Below, in pieces: positions 1 through 8,625 of a stretch of 34,720 nt of DNA. Under the pieces are notes generated by a model. That model saw nothing but the letters and a program-made list of their open reading frames with translations, had not been told where the DNA came from and made no database searches. Within the stretch, counting starts at the first letter, position 1; the number at the start of each line of letters is the position of its first letter. The DNA is from Candidatus Caldarchaeum sp. (GTDB taxonomy: Archaea > Thermoproteota > Nitrososphaeria_A > Caldarchaeales > Caldarchaeaceae), in the NCBI GenBank assembly GCA_038831915.1, contig JAWBKB010000016.1, positions 1-34,720 on the forward strand, given 5' to 3'. The position numbers were made by a program, and so were the translations under genes.

Positions 1-104
1 ATAGACCTACCTCTGGAAGCGTATACCGCTATTATCTCTCCAGTATCAACGTCTACTGCAGACCATACGTAGACCCACTCTCCCAGCCTCTTCTCAACAG
101 TCTC
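1..104 (-). mobile_element. IS6-family transposase fragment (5'-truncated copy, continues off the left edge)
   Basis: Minus strand reads ETVEKRLGEWVYVWSAVDVDTGEIIAVYASRGRS. Positions 17-104 are the reverse complement of 34633-34720 with 6 mismatches in 88 nt. Homology stops abruptly at 104, so the N-terminus and first catalytic D are missing. Confidence 0.85.
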
Positions 105-106
105 CG

Positions 107-193
107 TTAAAGATATGCGAAAATTATTATGAAAGCTAAGAACAACAGGTCAGCCGCAACCAGCGCTGAAATAAACAACCTTTTTTTTATCAC
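107..193 (-). CDS. Putative small single-pass membrane protein (28 aa from GTG193; could extend to ATG253)
   Basis: Hand translation gives MIKKRLFISALVAADLLFLAFIIIFAYL*: a basic N-terminus and one hydrophobic helix. It is below the ORF-track size cutoff. Confidence 0.35.
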   Translation of the reverse strand: MIKKRLFISALVAADLLFLAFIIIFAYL

Positions 194-326
194 CGACAGA
201 CCGGCTGTATTCGTCGCGTTAAATTTTTTGCTTTCGAACAAATTCAAAAACATCTTCGGAAAATACCGCAATAATCTGATGATACGCGTAGGAGCGTTTT
301 TATGCGGCTGCTCCGTACTGAGGGTC

Positions 327-1595
327 GTGGACCCGAAGCTTTTTGAAGATGCGTTGAAATATCTGCCCGGCGGTGTTACCTACGGAGTTAGATACCTAGA
401 CCCTCTTCCGGTCTATGTCCTCAAAGCCGAAGGACCCTATGTTTGGGATGTTTTGGGAAGACAGTATGTTGACTACTGGATGGGACATGGAGCACTTTTA
501 ATGGGGCATAACTACGGCCCAGTCATCGAGGCGGCGATAGAACAGCTTCGCGAAGGAGCTCATTTCGGCTATTCTCATCCATGGGAGGTTAGATGGGCGA
601 AGCAGGTCTGCAGCATGGTTCCATCCGTCAAGAAAGTCAGACCTACGAACAGCGGCACGGAAGCCAACATGTATGCTGTTCGGGTCGCGCGGGCATTCAC
701 TGGCCGCAAAATTGTTGGCAAAATCGAAGGCGGCTGGCACGGTGGTTACGACGGTCTTCAAATAGGTGTTACGTATCCAATTGATAAACCGTCGAGCCTG
801 GGCATTCCAGAAGAAACAACCGCAAACACTCTACTTCTTCCATACAACGACCTAGATGGAGTTGAAAAAAGAATTAAAGGGAAGAAGTTAGCTGCGATTG
901 TTGTTGAACCGGTTCTTGGAGCTGGTGGGTTTATACCGGCTGACGTAGAATACTTGAAAGGTCTTCGAGAAATTTGCGACCGCGATGGCATTATGCTGAT
1001 TTTCGATGAAGTGATTACGGGTTTTCGACTCGCTCCGGGCGGTGCACAACAGCTTTTCGGTGTAATTCCCGACATGACGGTGCTGGGCAAATCGGTTGGT
1101 GGCGGTCCTTTCCCAGCCGGAGCTTTCGGCGGCAGAGAAGACATCATGGAAATGCTCGACCAAACCAAGCGAGCGAATTTCTATGAACGAGTTTTCCATG
1201 GAGGCACGTACAGCGGAAATCCGTTGACCATGAGAGCTGGATATGTTTTGTTGAAAGAGCTTGAGAAAGGAGAAGTCTATGGTAGGTTGGAGAGACTTGG
1301 ACAAAAGGCTCGTAAAGGCTTGGAGGAAGCCCTCGCACCTCTCGGCGCTTACATTACGGGAATCGGTTCACTGGTCTGCATTCACTTCACGAAAGAAAAA
1401 CCTCGCGACATCCACACAGCCAACCGCACAAAAGATGTTAAACTAACGGTAGAATTCAGTAAAACACTCGTAAAAAACGGAATCCTCTTCGTTCCACCGC
1501 ACAACCCGCATCTCTTCATTTCAGCCGCCCATTCAGAGGAAGACGTCGACAAACTAATCGAAGCCGCGGAACTATTCGTCAAACCACGTCTATAA
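327..1595 (+). CDS. hemL: Glutamate-1-semialdehyde 2,1-aminomutase / class III PLP aminotransferase
   Basis: PGGV, NSGTEA, LIFDEVITGFR, PLP lysine in LGKSVGGG, and GTYSGNP motifs. Start taken at GTG327; the ORF-track extension to 129 looks non-coding. Confidence 0.85.
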   Translation: MDPKLFEDALKYLPGGVTYGVRYLDPLPVYVLKAEGPYVWDVLGRQYVDYWMGHGALLMGHNYGPVIEAAIEQLREGAHFGYSHPWEVRWAKQVCSMVPSVKKVRPTNSGTEANMYAVRVARAFTGRKIVGKIEGGWHGGYDGLQIGVTYPIDKPSSLGIPEETTANTLLLPYNDLDGVEKRIKGKKLAAIVVEPVLGAGGFIPADVEYLKGLREICDRDGIMLIFDEVITGFRLAPGGAQQLFGVIPDMTVLGKSVGGGPFPAGAFGGREDIMEMLDQTKRANFYERVFHGGTYSGNPLTMRAGYVLLKELEKGEVYGRLERLGQKARKGLEEALAPLGAYITGIGSLVCIHFTKEKPRDIHTANRTKDVKLTVEFSKTLVKNGILFVPPHNPHLFISAAHSEEDVDKLIEAAELFVKPRL

Positions 1596-2109
1596 GCCTG
1601 TCGACGAGACGTGCAGTCATCCCCCAAATAACTAGCCCATCGTAGATGTATGCCAAGGTCAGCCTTTGGTAAGGAGCGTGACGAGTCCGAACTTTGACAA
1701 CTTTCTTACGGAGACCGTGCAACGGTAACCAGAACACGTTTTGAACTTCGGGCCCTGATCTGAGATTGGTTTCTGTCAGCAGTTTGCATAGAACCGGTCT
1801 GACCTTGAGAGTCGGCATGTTGGCAGGCGTAATAGACCTCATTTGTCCCAGAACTTCGACAGCTTCTCGGCTCAGCCCCGTTTCTTCTTCTAACTCGCGT
1901 AAAGCGGTTTCCACGATGGACCGGTCTTCATGATTCCATCGACCGCCGGGAAAAGCAATTTGACCAGACCAGGGGTCATCTTCCCTTACCACTCGCTTAA
2001 CGAGCAAAATGAAAGGCCCAGGCTTTATGACAATAGCTACAGCAGCGGTACTTGGACCGGCCACAAATTCGTCGATGTCTTCGGTAAGCAGCTTGAGCCT
2101 ACTTTCCAT
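1579..2109 (-). CDS. Nudix hydrolase, CoA pyrophosphatase-like
   Basis: WSGQIAFPGG followed by the Nudix box TALRELEEETGL, and C-terminal IWGMTA, typical of NudL/CoAse. Confidence 0.88.
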   Translation of the reverse strand: MESRLKLLTEDIDEFVAGPSTAAVAIVIKPGPFILLVKRVVREDDPWSGQIAFPGGRWNHEDRSIVETALRELEEETGLSREAVEVLGQMRSITPANMPTLKVRPVLCKLLTETNLRSGPEVQNVFWLPLHGLRKKVVKVRTRHAPYQRLTLAYIYDGLVIWGMTARLVDRLIDVV

Positions 2110-3466
2110 ACCTATACTTGTAATGTGTACCGAAGAGGCTTGTTATCGTAACTTCCGGCTCTTCGAACAACTCCGTTACAACGCCACCCCATTTGCCTTC
2201 GAGAAGACTTCGAAGACCCCATCTCACCTCGTCTAGGTCAATCATCGAAACCACCGGCTCGAAAAACCCGAGAGCGAGCATCTTTCGAGCCTCTTGCTCT
2301 GGAATTCCACGTGCCATCAAATAGTAGACCTGTTCTGAGTCGATTTGGCTTACGCTCGCGGAATGCGTAGCCTTAACTTCGTCTGTCATTATTTCGAGTG
2401 AAGGAATCGCGTAAGCTCTGGCCTCGGGGCTCATTATCATCGCGTGTTCGGCTAGGTATGCGCTTGTGTTTTTCGCGGCTTTTTCTATTGTGATTATTCC
2501 CTTAAAGATGGATTTGGCCTTGTCTTTGACGACTCCTTTCGCAATCACTCTGCCCTGTGTTCCGAATCCGATGTGATGTAGGTTGGCGGTCACGTCAATT
2601 CTTTGCTCATCGTCTCCGAATGCGATTTCCAAATCGTTGGTCGTCGCGCCATCGCCATGCATGGAGCTGTCAACACGAACTTTTGAAACCGACCCTCCTA
2701 ACACGGAGCCGACAACCATGGTCGAAGCGTTTCTTCCCGCGTCTGCTATGCGGTTCGCGAGATAGATTTGAGTATGTGACATGTTTTGAAGAGTGCTGTG
2801 CTTCAGCTGGCTGTCATCCATCGCGAATAAATGGCTGTGATGACCGAAAACACATCCATCGGCCTCAGGCAGACCGTGAATTTCTTCGATGACAGAGGCG
2901 GAGCTATGCGGTTCCGCTACCATCACGACTTTGCTCAGAACGGTCTCATCCGCCCTGTCTAGAATGTAAACTATTCGAAACGGCTTGGAAACACGCACGT
3001 TCTTGGGAATTTTTATGAACATGCCGACGTTGTTGATCGCGTGAATGAGGTTTGAATATTTCTCCGCATAGGGGGAGTGGACTGCGCGTTCATAAAGTAC
3101 GCGCATGAACCCTTCGTGTTTTTTTGTTGCATCTTCGATGGGAATGAATTCTATCCCTTGGTTCGCCGCCTCTGATGATATGTGGAGATGTGCGAGGTAT
3201 TTTCCAACATAAACCGCTGTCGGATGTTCCACGTCTGCTGTGAGGTTTCTAAAATCGCTGGGCACCTGTCTTTCAACGGTTTCCTCAAAAGCCGCGAGGA
3301 CCTGCCCCTCGGTTAAACTTGGTGCTTCGTAGTGTCTGACGTAAAGGTCCGAAACCTCGGGTGGAAGCGAATTGAACATTTCAAAAGATTTCATCCTGAG
3401 GTTTTTCAGCCATTCGGGTTCCTTTGAAAACCTTCTGGCGACCTGGTTGAGAAAGCTCAGAGGCAT
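2099..3466 (-). CDS. sufD: Fe-S cluster assembly SufB/SufD-family protein (SufD-like)
   Basis: EPEWL at the N-terminus, beta-helix core, AIPSLEI..DEVKATHSASV, YYLMARGI and LGFF motifs. Confidence 0.85.
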   Translation of the reverse strand: MPLSFLNQVARRFSKEPEWLKNLRMKSFEMFNSLPPEVSDLYVRHYEAPSLTEGQVLAAFEETVERQVPSDFRNLTADVEHPTAVYVGKYLAHLHISSEAANQGIEFIPIEDATKKHEGFMRVLYERAVHSPYAEKYSNLIHAINNVGMFIKIPKNVRVSKPFRIVYILDRADETVLSKVVMVAEPHSSASVIEEIHGLPEADGCVFGHHSHLFAMDDSQLKHSTLQNMSHTQIYLANRIADAGRNASTMVVGSVLGGSVSKVRVDSSMHGDGATTNDLEIAFGDDEQRIDVTANLHHIGFGTQGRVIAKGVVKDKAKSIFKGIITIEKAAKNTSAYLAEHAMIMSPEARAYAIPSLEIMTDEVKATHSASVSQIDSEQVYYLMARGIPEQEARKMLALGFFEPVVSMIDLDEVRWGLRSLLEGKWGGVVTELFEEPEVTITSLFGTHYKYRYGK

Positions 3467-3543
3467 CGATGATCGTGCTGTAAAACTTTGATTTAGCTGT
3501 ATCTATGCTAAGCTTTTATTTTGTCGGGCTGGAGCTCATCAGG

Positions 3544-3957
3544 ATGCTGGGTCATCAGCCGAAACGCGTCGAAAAAATTGTCTGTAAGGTCTGCGGCGCG
3601 GAAACCGATAGACCAGAAGCTTTCTTCCTCGTGACGGGGCTTGGATATGTTTGTCGTACATGCGGCCTGCAGCCAGTTTCTTGCGATGTTTGCGGAGCAA
3701 GAATCAGAAGAATGACCGTGACGGTTTTCCGCGGAAAAATCCACTGTCTGGCGTGTTATCGAATTGAAAGGGAGAAAGGAGAGAAGAGGTTGACAAAAGA
3801 ATACTTGGCCGAATCGATAGAGGAAGCTGTTAGAACGTCCTTAGCCGAGGCCCCTGAGGGATATGTACTCGTAGGTTTGAAGCTTAAGCACAGCTCCAAG
3901 AAGACATGGATAGCTGAATACGAGCGCGAAGACATTTTCATTTCACGTTGCTCTTAA
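3544..3957 (+). CDS. Hypothetical protein with four CxxC pairs (tandem treble-clef/LIM-like Zn fingers)
   Basis: CKVC-x19-CRTC-x6-CDVC-x17-CLAC followed by a small alpha/beta domain. Start taken at ATG3544. Confidence 0.75.
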   Translation: MLGHQPKRVEKIVCKVCGAETDRPEAFFLVTGLGYVCRTCGLQPVSCDVCGARIRRMTVTVFRGKIHCLACYRIEREKGEKRLTKEYLAESIEEAVRTSLAEAPEGYVLVGLKLKHSSKKTWIAEYEREDIFISRCS

Positions 3958-4046
3958 CCTATTGCACGAGTAGTAACGGCGTATTCACGGAAGAATACCG
4001 GAAATTCGCTATGCGATGAAGATTATTAACACGTTCTCTCAAGCTC

Positions 4047-4832
4047 GTGCGGATGCTCGGTTTTTTGAAGAAAAGAAATGAATGGGTTTCGGATGAAAAG
4101 CAGGCGGCTATCGAACCTTTCGAGATAACCGAGGAATTTAGAGCCCGTGTTGAAAAAGCCATCACGACGCTTAACGCGCACATCGAAAGGCTCAATAACA
4201 AATACCGTGAAATGCATGCTCGAAGCCGGGAATATTTCGAAAGAACGGTTGAAGCTTTGCAGGCGAAAGACGACGGAAAAGCCAAAATCTATGCTGGAGA
4301 GATAGCGGAGATCAGAAAGCTCGCGGGCATCGTCTTACACAGCCAACTTGTCCTACTTCAAGTCAAAATCAGGCTTGAAAGCATACTGGAGCTCGGCGAA
4401 GCACTGACCCTAATAAGGCCTTTGGCCGCGATGCTTGGAAACGTCGTAGAGGAAATACGTGATGTGGCTCCAGAAGCTTCCGAAAACCTGCGAAACCTGA
4501 TGGTTTTGATCGATGATTTCATGTCCTCGGCCGGTGTTTATGTCGAGCCTACACCAGAAAAAAGCGCCGAAGTGTCTGATGAAGTGTCATTCATCTTGGA
4601 CGAGGCGAGGAAGATGGCGGCGGAAAAAGTGCGTCAAAGCTTCCCCGAGGCTCCGAAGCTAACTAATGTTGAAACACTTGTTTACAGGTTTGTGTTGGAC
4701 AACAACGTCGACGAACTTGACCTCGAAACATGTGCGTCAAAACTCAACCTTGACGCTGAAACGGTTTCCGAAGCTTTGAAAAGCCTGCATGAAAAAGGGC
4801 TTATTCAGCTTGAGCTGGCTGAATCAAGTTAG
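4047..4832 (+). CDS. cdvB: ESCRT-III/Snf7-family cell division protein with MIM2-like motif and C-terminal winged helix
   Basis: Snf7-type helical core (AKIYAGEIAEIRK, LLQVKIRLES, APEAS), ILDEARKMA..FPEAPK MIM2-like segment, and wH tail (CASKLNLDAETVSEALKSLHEKGLI). Adjacent to Vps4. Confidence 0.88.
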   Translation: MRMLGFLKKRNEWVSDEKQAAIEPFEITEEFRARVEKAITTLNAHIERLNNKYREMHARSREYFERTVEALQAKDDGKAKIYAGEIAEIRKLAGIVLHSQLVLLQVKIRLESILELGEALTLIRPLAAMLGNVVEEIRDVAPEASENLRNLMVLIDDFMSSAGVYVEPTPEKSAEVSDEVSFILDEARKMAAEKVRQSFPEAPKLTNVETLVYRFVLDNNVDELDLETCASKLNLDAETVSEALKSLHEKGLIQLELAESS

Positions 4833-5959
4833 GTTCCGTGTTTGGCGTTCCAGTCGAGCAATTTCTTCAGGTTCTCGAGTACAACCGATTGTTTTCTTTT
4901 CTTGATGATTTCCATGAAGTCGTCCATGTTTAGGCTGCGTGGCTCGCCTTTTTCCCCGTTTGTCGATGCGAAAAACTCGCTAACTACTTTGAGCTGGGCC
5001 TCCATGCAGATGTCATGGATGTCGGCTGCTGAGTAGCCGTCGGTGATTTTGGCGAGCTGAGAAAGCTCCACTGGCGCGTCAAGCTTCAGGCCCTTCGTGT
5101 ATTTTTGGAATAGCACTCTTCGGGCTTCGAGGTCTGGTAAGGGGACGAAAATACGTTTCTGAAACCTTCGGATAAATGGCTCGTCGAGATGCCAAGGCTT
5201 GTTAGTCGCCGCCAAAACATAGAGAAAATCTTTCCGTCCTTTGTCCAATATTCCATCCATTTCTTTGATGAGCTGGTTTCGGACACGGGCCTCCCCTCCC
5301 ACTTCCATGAACCTCTCAGCCGTCAAGGAATCGATTTCGTCGATGAAGATTATGCAGGGACGGCCGCTGCGTGCTTCCTGCCTACATTGGTTGAAGATTT
5401 TGGAAACGTTTCGCTCTGATTCACCCAGCCATTTCGACATCACGGATGCGGCGTCGATTACGTAGAAGCTTGCGTCAAGCTCCGCGGCGACCGCGGCCGC
5501 CAATAAAGTTTTTCCACATCCAGGCGGACCGAATAGTAGAATTCCCTTCGGCCAACCAAGCGGAAAAAGGTCAGGCCTCTTCGTGGGAAAGATGATGCTC
5601 TCCCGTATCGCTTTTTTAGCTTCTTCGATGTTGACAATATCGTCCCAGGTCACGCTGGGTTTCTCTTTCGACATCGCAGCCTGCTTCAACGCGGCCTGTG
5701 TTTCGGCTGAAGGCTCGTTTGAAACTGTGACCGTCGGGCCTGAACCGTCTTGAAGTTCTTCGATTCTGGCCTGATACTCTTTAATCTTGTCAGCGTAAAT
5801 TTTGCGAACGCTTCCGTCTGGTGAAAGTTTGTAAAGCTTCCAAAGAACCTCAATCGCCTCCCTGTAATATTTTATTGCTTTCGCCCTCTGGCCCATTTTA
5901 TCGTAGTTGACAGCTTCGCGAGCCCTCAGAGCAGCAATTCTTTCAAGCTCCTGCGACAT
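4829..5959 (-). CDS. cdvC: Vps4-like AAA+ ATPase with N-terminal MIT domain
   Basis: MIT three-helix N-terminus (AREAVNYDKMG..AIKYYREAIE), Walker A GPPGCGKT, SKWLGESE pore loop, Walker B IIFIDEID, and ATNKPW..LD..FIRRFQKRI. Start taken at ATG5959. Confidence 0.92.
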   Translation of the reverse strand: MSQELERIAALRAREAVNYDKMGQRAKAIKYYREAIEVLWKLYKLSPDGSVRKIYADKIKEYQARIEELQDGSGPTVTVSNEPSAETQAALKQAAMSKEKPSVTWDDIVNIEEAKKAIRESIIFPTKRPDLFPLGWPKGILLFGPPGCGKTLLAAAVAAELDASFYVIDAASVMSKWLGESERNVSKIFNQCRQEARSGRPCIIFIDEIDSLTAERFMEVGGEARVRNQLIKEMDGILDKGRKDFLYVLAATNKPWHLDEPFIRRFQKRIFVPLPDLEARRVLFQKYTKGLKLDAPVELSQLAKITDGYSAADIHDICMEAQLKVVSEFFASTNGEKGEPRSLNMDDFMEIIKKRKQSVVLENLKKLLDWNAKHGT

Positions 5960-5985
5960 TTTCCACAACCCGCAGAAGAGTCAAG

Positions 5986-6100
5986 TCTTTATATGTTAAC
6001 CATAGCCAGCATCGCCATCATTCTGAACGGCATACCGCTTGATGTATCTGAGTATTCGCACGATGTTTTGTTCTTTGTTTCTTGAGGGAATTTATATTAT
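5986..6100. promoter_or_regulatory. Divergent promoter region of cdvC and the SMC operon, with two TATA-like boxes
   Basis: CTTTATATG at ~5988-5996 lies ~30 nt upstream of the cdvC start, and TTTATATTA at 6091-6099 lies ~30 nt upstream of TTG6129. Confidence 0.5.
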
Positions 6101-6128
6101 AGCATCGCTATGGCCGGCTGGAAGGCAA

Positions 6129-7883
6129 TTGTCAACACGTTCAGAGACACGTCCGAAGACTTACATCCGAGAAGTCATACTTGAAAATTTCATGTCGCAT
6201 GAATACAGTCGAATTCCTTTTCGCAAAGGTTTGAACGCCATAGTCGGGCCGAATGGTGCTGGCAAGTCATCCATTCTCCTGGGTATATCAGTCGCCCTTG
6301 GTCAAACATACACCGAGCGGGGACAAAGGCTTAGCGACTTGATTAGAAGGGGAACCGATGCGGCGAGGGTCGCGGTTGTGTTTGACAACAGACCCGTGGA
6401 TGGCGTCAGACCCATCCCATCAATTTCCAGCGACACCGTATCCATAGTTCGATTCCTGAAAAAAACAGGCGAATATTGGCACTACGTCAACAACCGTTTC
6501 AAAACAAAAGCCGAAGTCGAGAACCTTCTTTCAAAAATCGGAATCAATCCCGACAATATTCTGATCATAATGCATCAGAATATGATTGAAAGGTTCGTCA
6601 GTAGGGATAGTCGCGAAAAGTTGGCCATGATGGAAGAGGCGGTTGGTGCCGCGGGATTACGTGAAAAAATCCGAGAAATAGAAGCGAAGCTTTCAGCTTT
6701 GCTCGCGGAAGAAGCTGTCATAAAGAAAACTCTTGAAGACGCCCGTTCGGCAGTGGATTTCTGGAAAGAAGAATATGAGAAACTCACGGTTTTAAAGAAG
6801 CTCGAACAATCGAAAGCTTCTCTCGAGCTCGAATATCTTTGGTCGATGGTTAAAGAAGCCGAAAAATCAAGGGACAGAATCGAGGAAAAAATGTCGATTC
6901 TCAGACGTGAATCGGAAGAGCTCGACCGAAAGATCCATGAAGCTACGCAGGAAGTCTCGAAGTTTTATCAAAACTTACTGAAAGGGTTTAAGGAGCGAAT
7001 TTCGGAAACCCTGTTGACTGAATACCTGGATGGGCTGGTCAAGTCGGCTGAAATTCTTGGCAGAGCAGTTGAACGTAAGGAAATTCGGGAAAATGAGCTG
7101 CGAGACCTCCGTTACGAATCGGCCGCTGCGGAAAAAGAGCTGATGAGGCGACTAATAGAAGCCCAGTCAAAAGGTCCTCGTGTCGAAACAACGCGCAAAC
7201 CTATCGAAATTTCTGAAGAGCTTAAAGCGATTAGTCTTCAGATTGCCGCGATTGGCACACCGACTCCACAGGCCGAAGAAATGTATCTCATCGCAGAGTC
7301 GAAGTTCAGAGAAGCGGAGCTAAAGGCTCAGCAGCTGAGCGATAATGCACGAAAGACCTACGCGGAGGCGGAATACCGTAAAGAGAAGTGGCGTGAATTT
7401 GTGCGAGAGCTCATATCGTCGATAGAACCTGAATATCAGAGAATTCTTTCTTTTGTAGGCGGTGCGGGAAGAATCGAGCTTCGGAATCTCCATGACATCG
7501 ATAAAGCTTCAGTGGAAATTTACGTTGGCTTCAGAGGTGTGGAGCCGACGCTTCTTGATACCCATACGCAGAGCGGCGGGGAAAGAATCGTCGCTACCAT
7601 GGCCTTCCTTCTCGCACTACAGAAATACATCAAATCACCTTTCAGAGCCGTGGATGAATTTGATGTTCACCTCGACCCGTTAAACCGTGAACGAATAATT
7701 AACATTCTCACGTCGGCTGCAAAAACCGACACCGAAACCCAGTACATCATCATCACGCCGGGTAAAATCCCATTCACCTCAGACATGAACGTCATCATAG
7801 TACAGAGCGTCAAAGGCCGTTCAGCAGTTTTCGCAACAGAAGAGACAGAGGTTTTGGCGAGTGAGCAGCGTCAGAGTGGCTAA
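6129..7883 (+). CDS. Short SMC-family ATPase with SMC5/6-type head motifs (~584 aa)
   Basis: LENFMSH, Walker A GPNGAGKS, Q-loop IMHQN, coiled coils, signature QSGGER, and Walker B/D-loop PFRAVDEFDVHLD. No recognisable hinge and no CxxC hook. Start taken at TTG6129. Confidence 0.9.
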   Translation: MSTRSETRPKTYIREVILENFMSHEYSRIPFRKGLNAIVGPNGAGKSSILLGISVALGQTYTERGQRLSDLIRRGTDAARVAVVFDNRPVDGVRPIPSISSDTVSIVRFLKKTGEYWHYVNNRFKTKAEVENLLSKIGINPDNILIIMHQNMIERFVSRDSREKLAMMEEAVGAAGLREKIREIEAKLSALLAEEAVIKKTLEDARSAVDFWKEEYEKLTVLKKLEQSKASLELEYLWSMVKEAEKSRDRIEEKMSILRRESEELDRKIHEATQEVSKFYQNLLKGFKERISETLLTEYLDGLVKSAEILGRAVERKEIRENELRDLRYESAAAEKELMRRLIEAQSKGPRVETTRKPIEISEELKAISLQIAAIGTPTPQAEEMYLIAESKFREAELKAQQLSDNARKTYAEAEYRKEKWREFVRELISSIEPEYQRILSFVGGAGRIELRNLHDIDKASVEIYVGFRGVEPTLLDTHTQSGGERIVATMAFLLALQKYIKSPFRAVDEFDVHLDPLNRERIINILTSAAKTDTETQYIIITPGKIPFTSDMNVIIVQSVKGRSAVFATEETEVLASEQRQSG

Positions 7884-8625
7884 GGAAGAGCTGGAAAGGC
7901 TTATCGGGCTCTGCGAGACAATTGTGAAAACAGGCACAGACCCATACAACATCGACGTTAAAGCATTGCTTTCTAAGCTGAGAAGCATTCTTGAGAAAGC
8001 ACGGAATACGGAAATCCTTGTTCTCGACGCCGAAACACTTTACCGCGTCGCACTAATCGTTGCGCTGCAGCACCGATGGCTGAAAGACAGGGCCGCGTCT
8101 CTTTTTGTCGACAGCCAAATCATCGGGCTTAAAATTCTATCCGCTGACAAGAAGCAGTTGGCCGCCGCTTTGGTAGGCAGCTGGAGGCCAATAGTTTCAT
8201 CCGAACAGTTAACCGTGTACATGTTTGCAAAAGGGCTCGAACATTTCCACTCACTGCCGACAAAACAAATCCGAACATCGACCGCCGCGGAGCTTCTCGA
8301 ATTACCCGAGTTCAAAGGACTGCCGAACGAATTCCAGCAAAGAGAAGTGGTTGAGGAAAATATTCGCAACATTCACAGAGAAATGCTCGCGATGAGCCGA
8401 GATTCTGGGAAAATCGACTACGTCGCGTTTATTTCAAAGGACGGGCCTGAAAAAATTTTCGAAAGGGCTTACTTGACTGCTTTCGTAGTAAGTGAAGGAT
8501 ATGCCGAAATCAGTAAGAACCCGATAACAGGCGAGATAGTCATGATACCTTATGTGCGGAAGCGAAACAGGAAAGAAGTTTCGTCATTTGCCATAACAGT
8601 GCAGGACGGGGGTAAAGTTGTCTGA
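7861..8625 (+). CDS. Kleisin-like (ScpA/Nse4-like) subunit
   Basis: N-terminal DPYNIDV...LDAETLYRVALIV resembles the archaeal ScpA DPWDID helix bundle. C-terminal wH (YLTAFVVSEGYAEISKNPITGEIVM) resembles ScpA LL.L...G.V...Q..FG.I. Overlaps the SMC stop codon. Confidence 0.72.
   Translation: MSSVRVAKEELERLIGLCETIVKTGTDPYNIDVKALLSKLRSILEKARNTEILVLDAETLYRVALIVALQHRWLKDRAASLFVDSQIIGLKILSADKKQLAAALVGSWRPIVSSEQLTVYMFAKGLEHFHSLPTKQIRTSTAAELLELPEFKGLPNEFQQREVVEENIRNIHREMLAMSRDSGKIDYVAFISKDGPEKIFERAYLTAFVVSEGYAEISKNPITGEIVMIPYVRKRNRKEVSSFAITVQDGGKVV

Noticed and set aside
129-326. N-terminal extension of hemL in the ORF track
   Set aside because: It is AT-rich and does not resemble the family; similarity starts at about VDPKLFE (GTG327).
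5997-6066. Possible C/D sRNA in the cdvC-SMC gap (TGATG and CTGA words)
   Set aside because: The boxes are not in a valid order or spacing on either strand, and there is no terminal stem.
6129-7883. Rad50/SbcC or coalescin (ClsN)
   Set aside because: There is no central CxxC hook and no adjacent mre11/nurA/herA. The D-loop reads DEFDVHLD rather than the Rad50 DEPT..LD, and kleisin/KITE-like partners are present.
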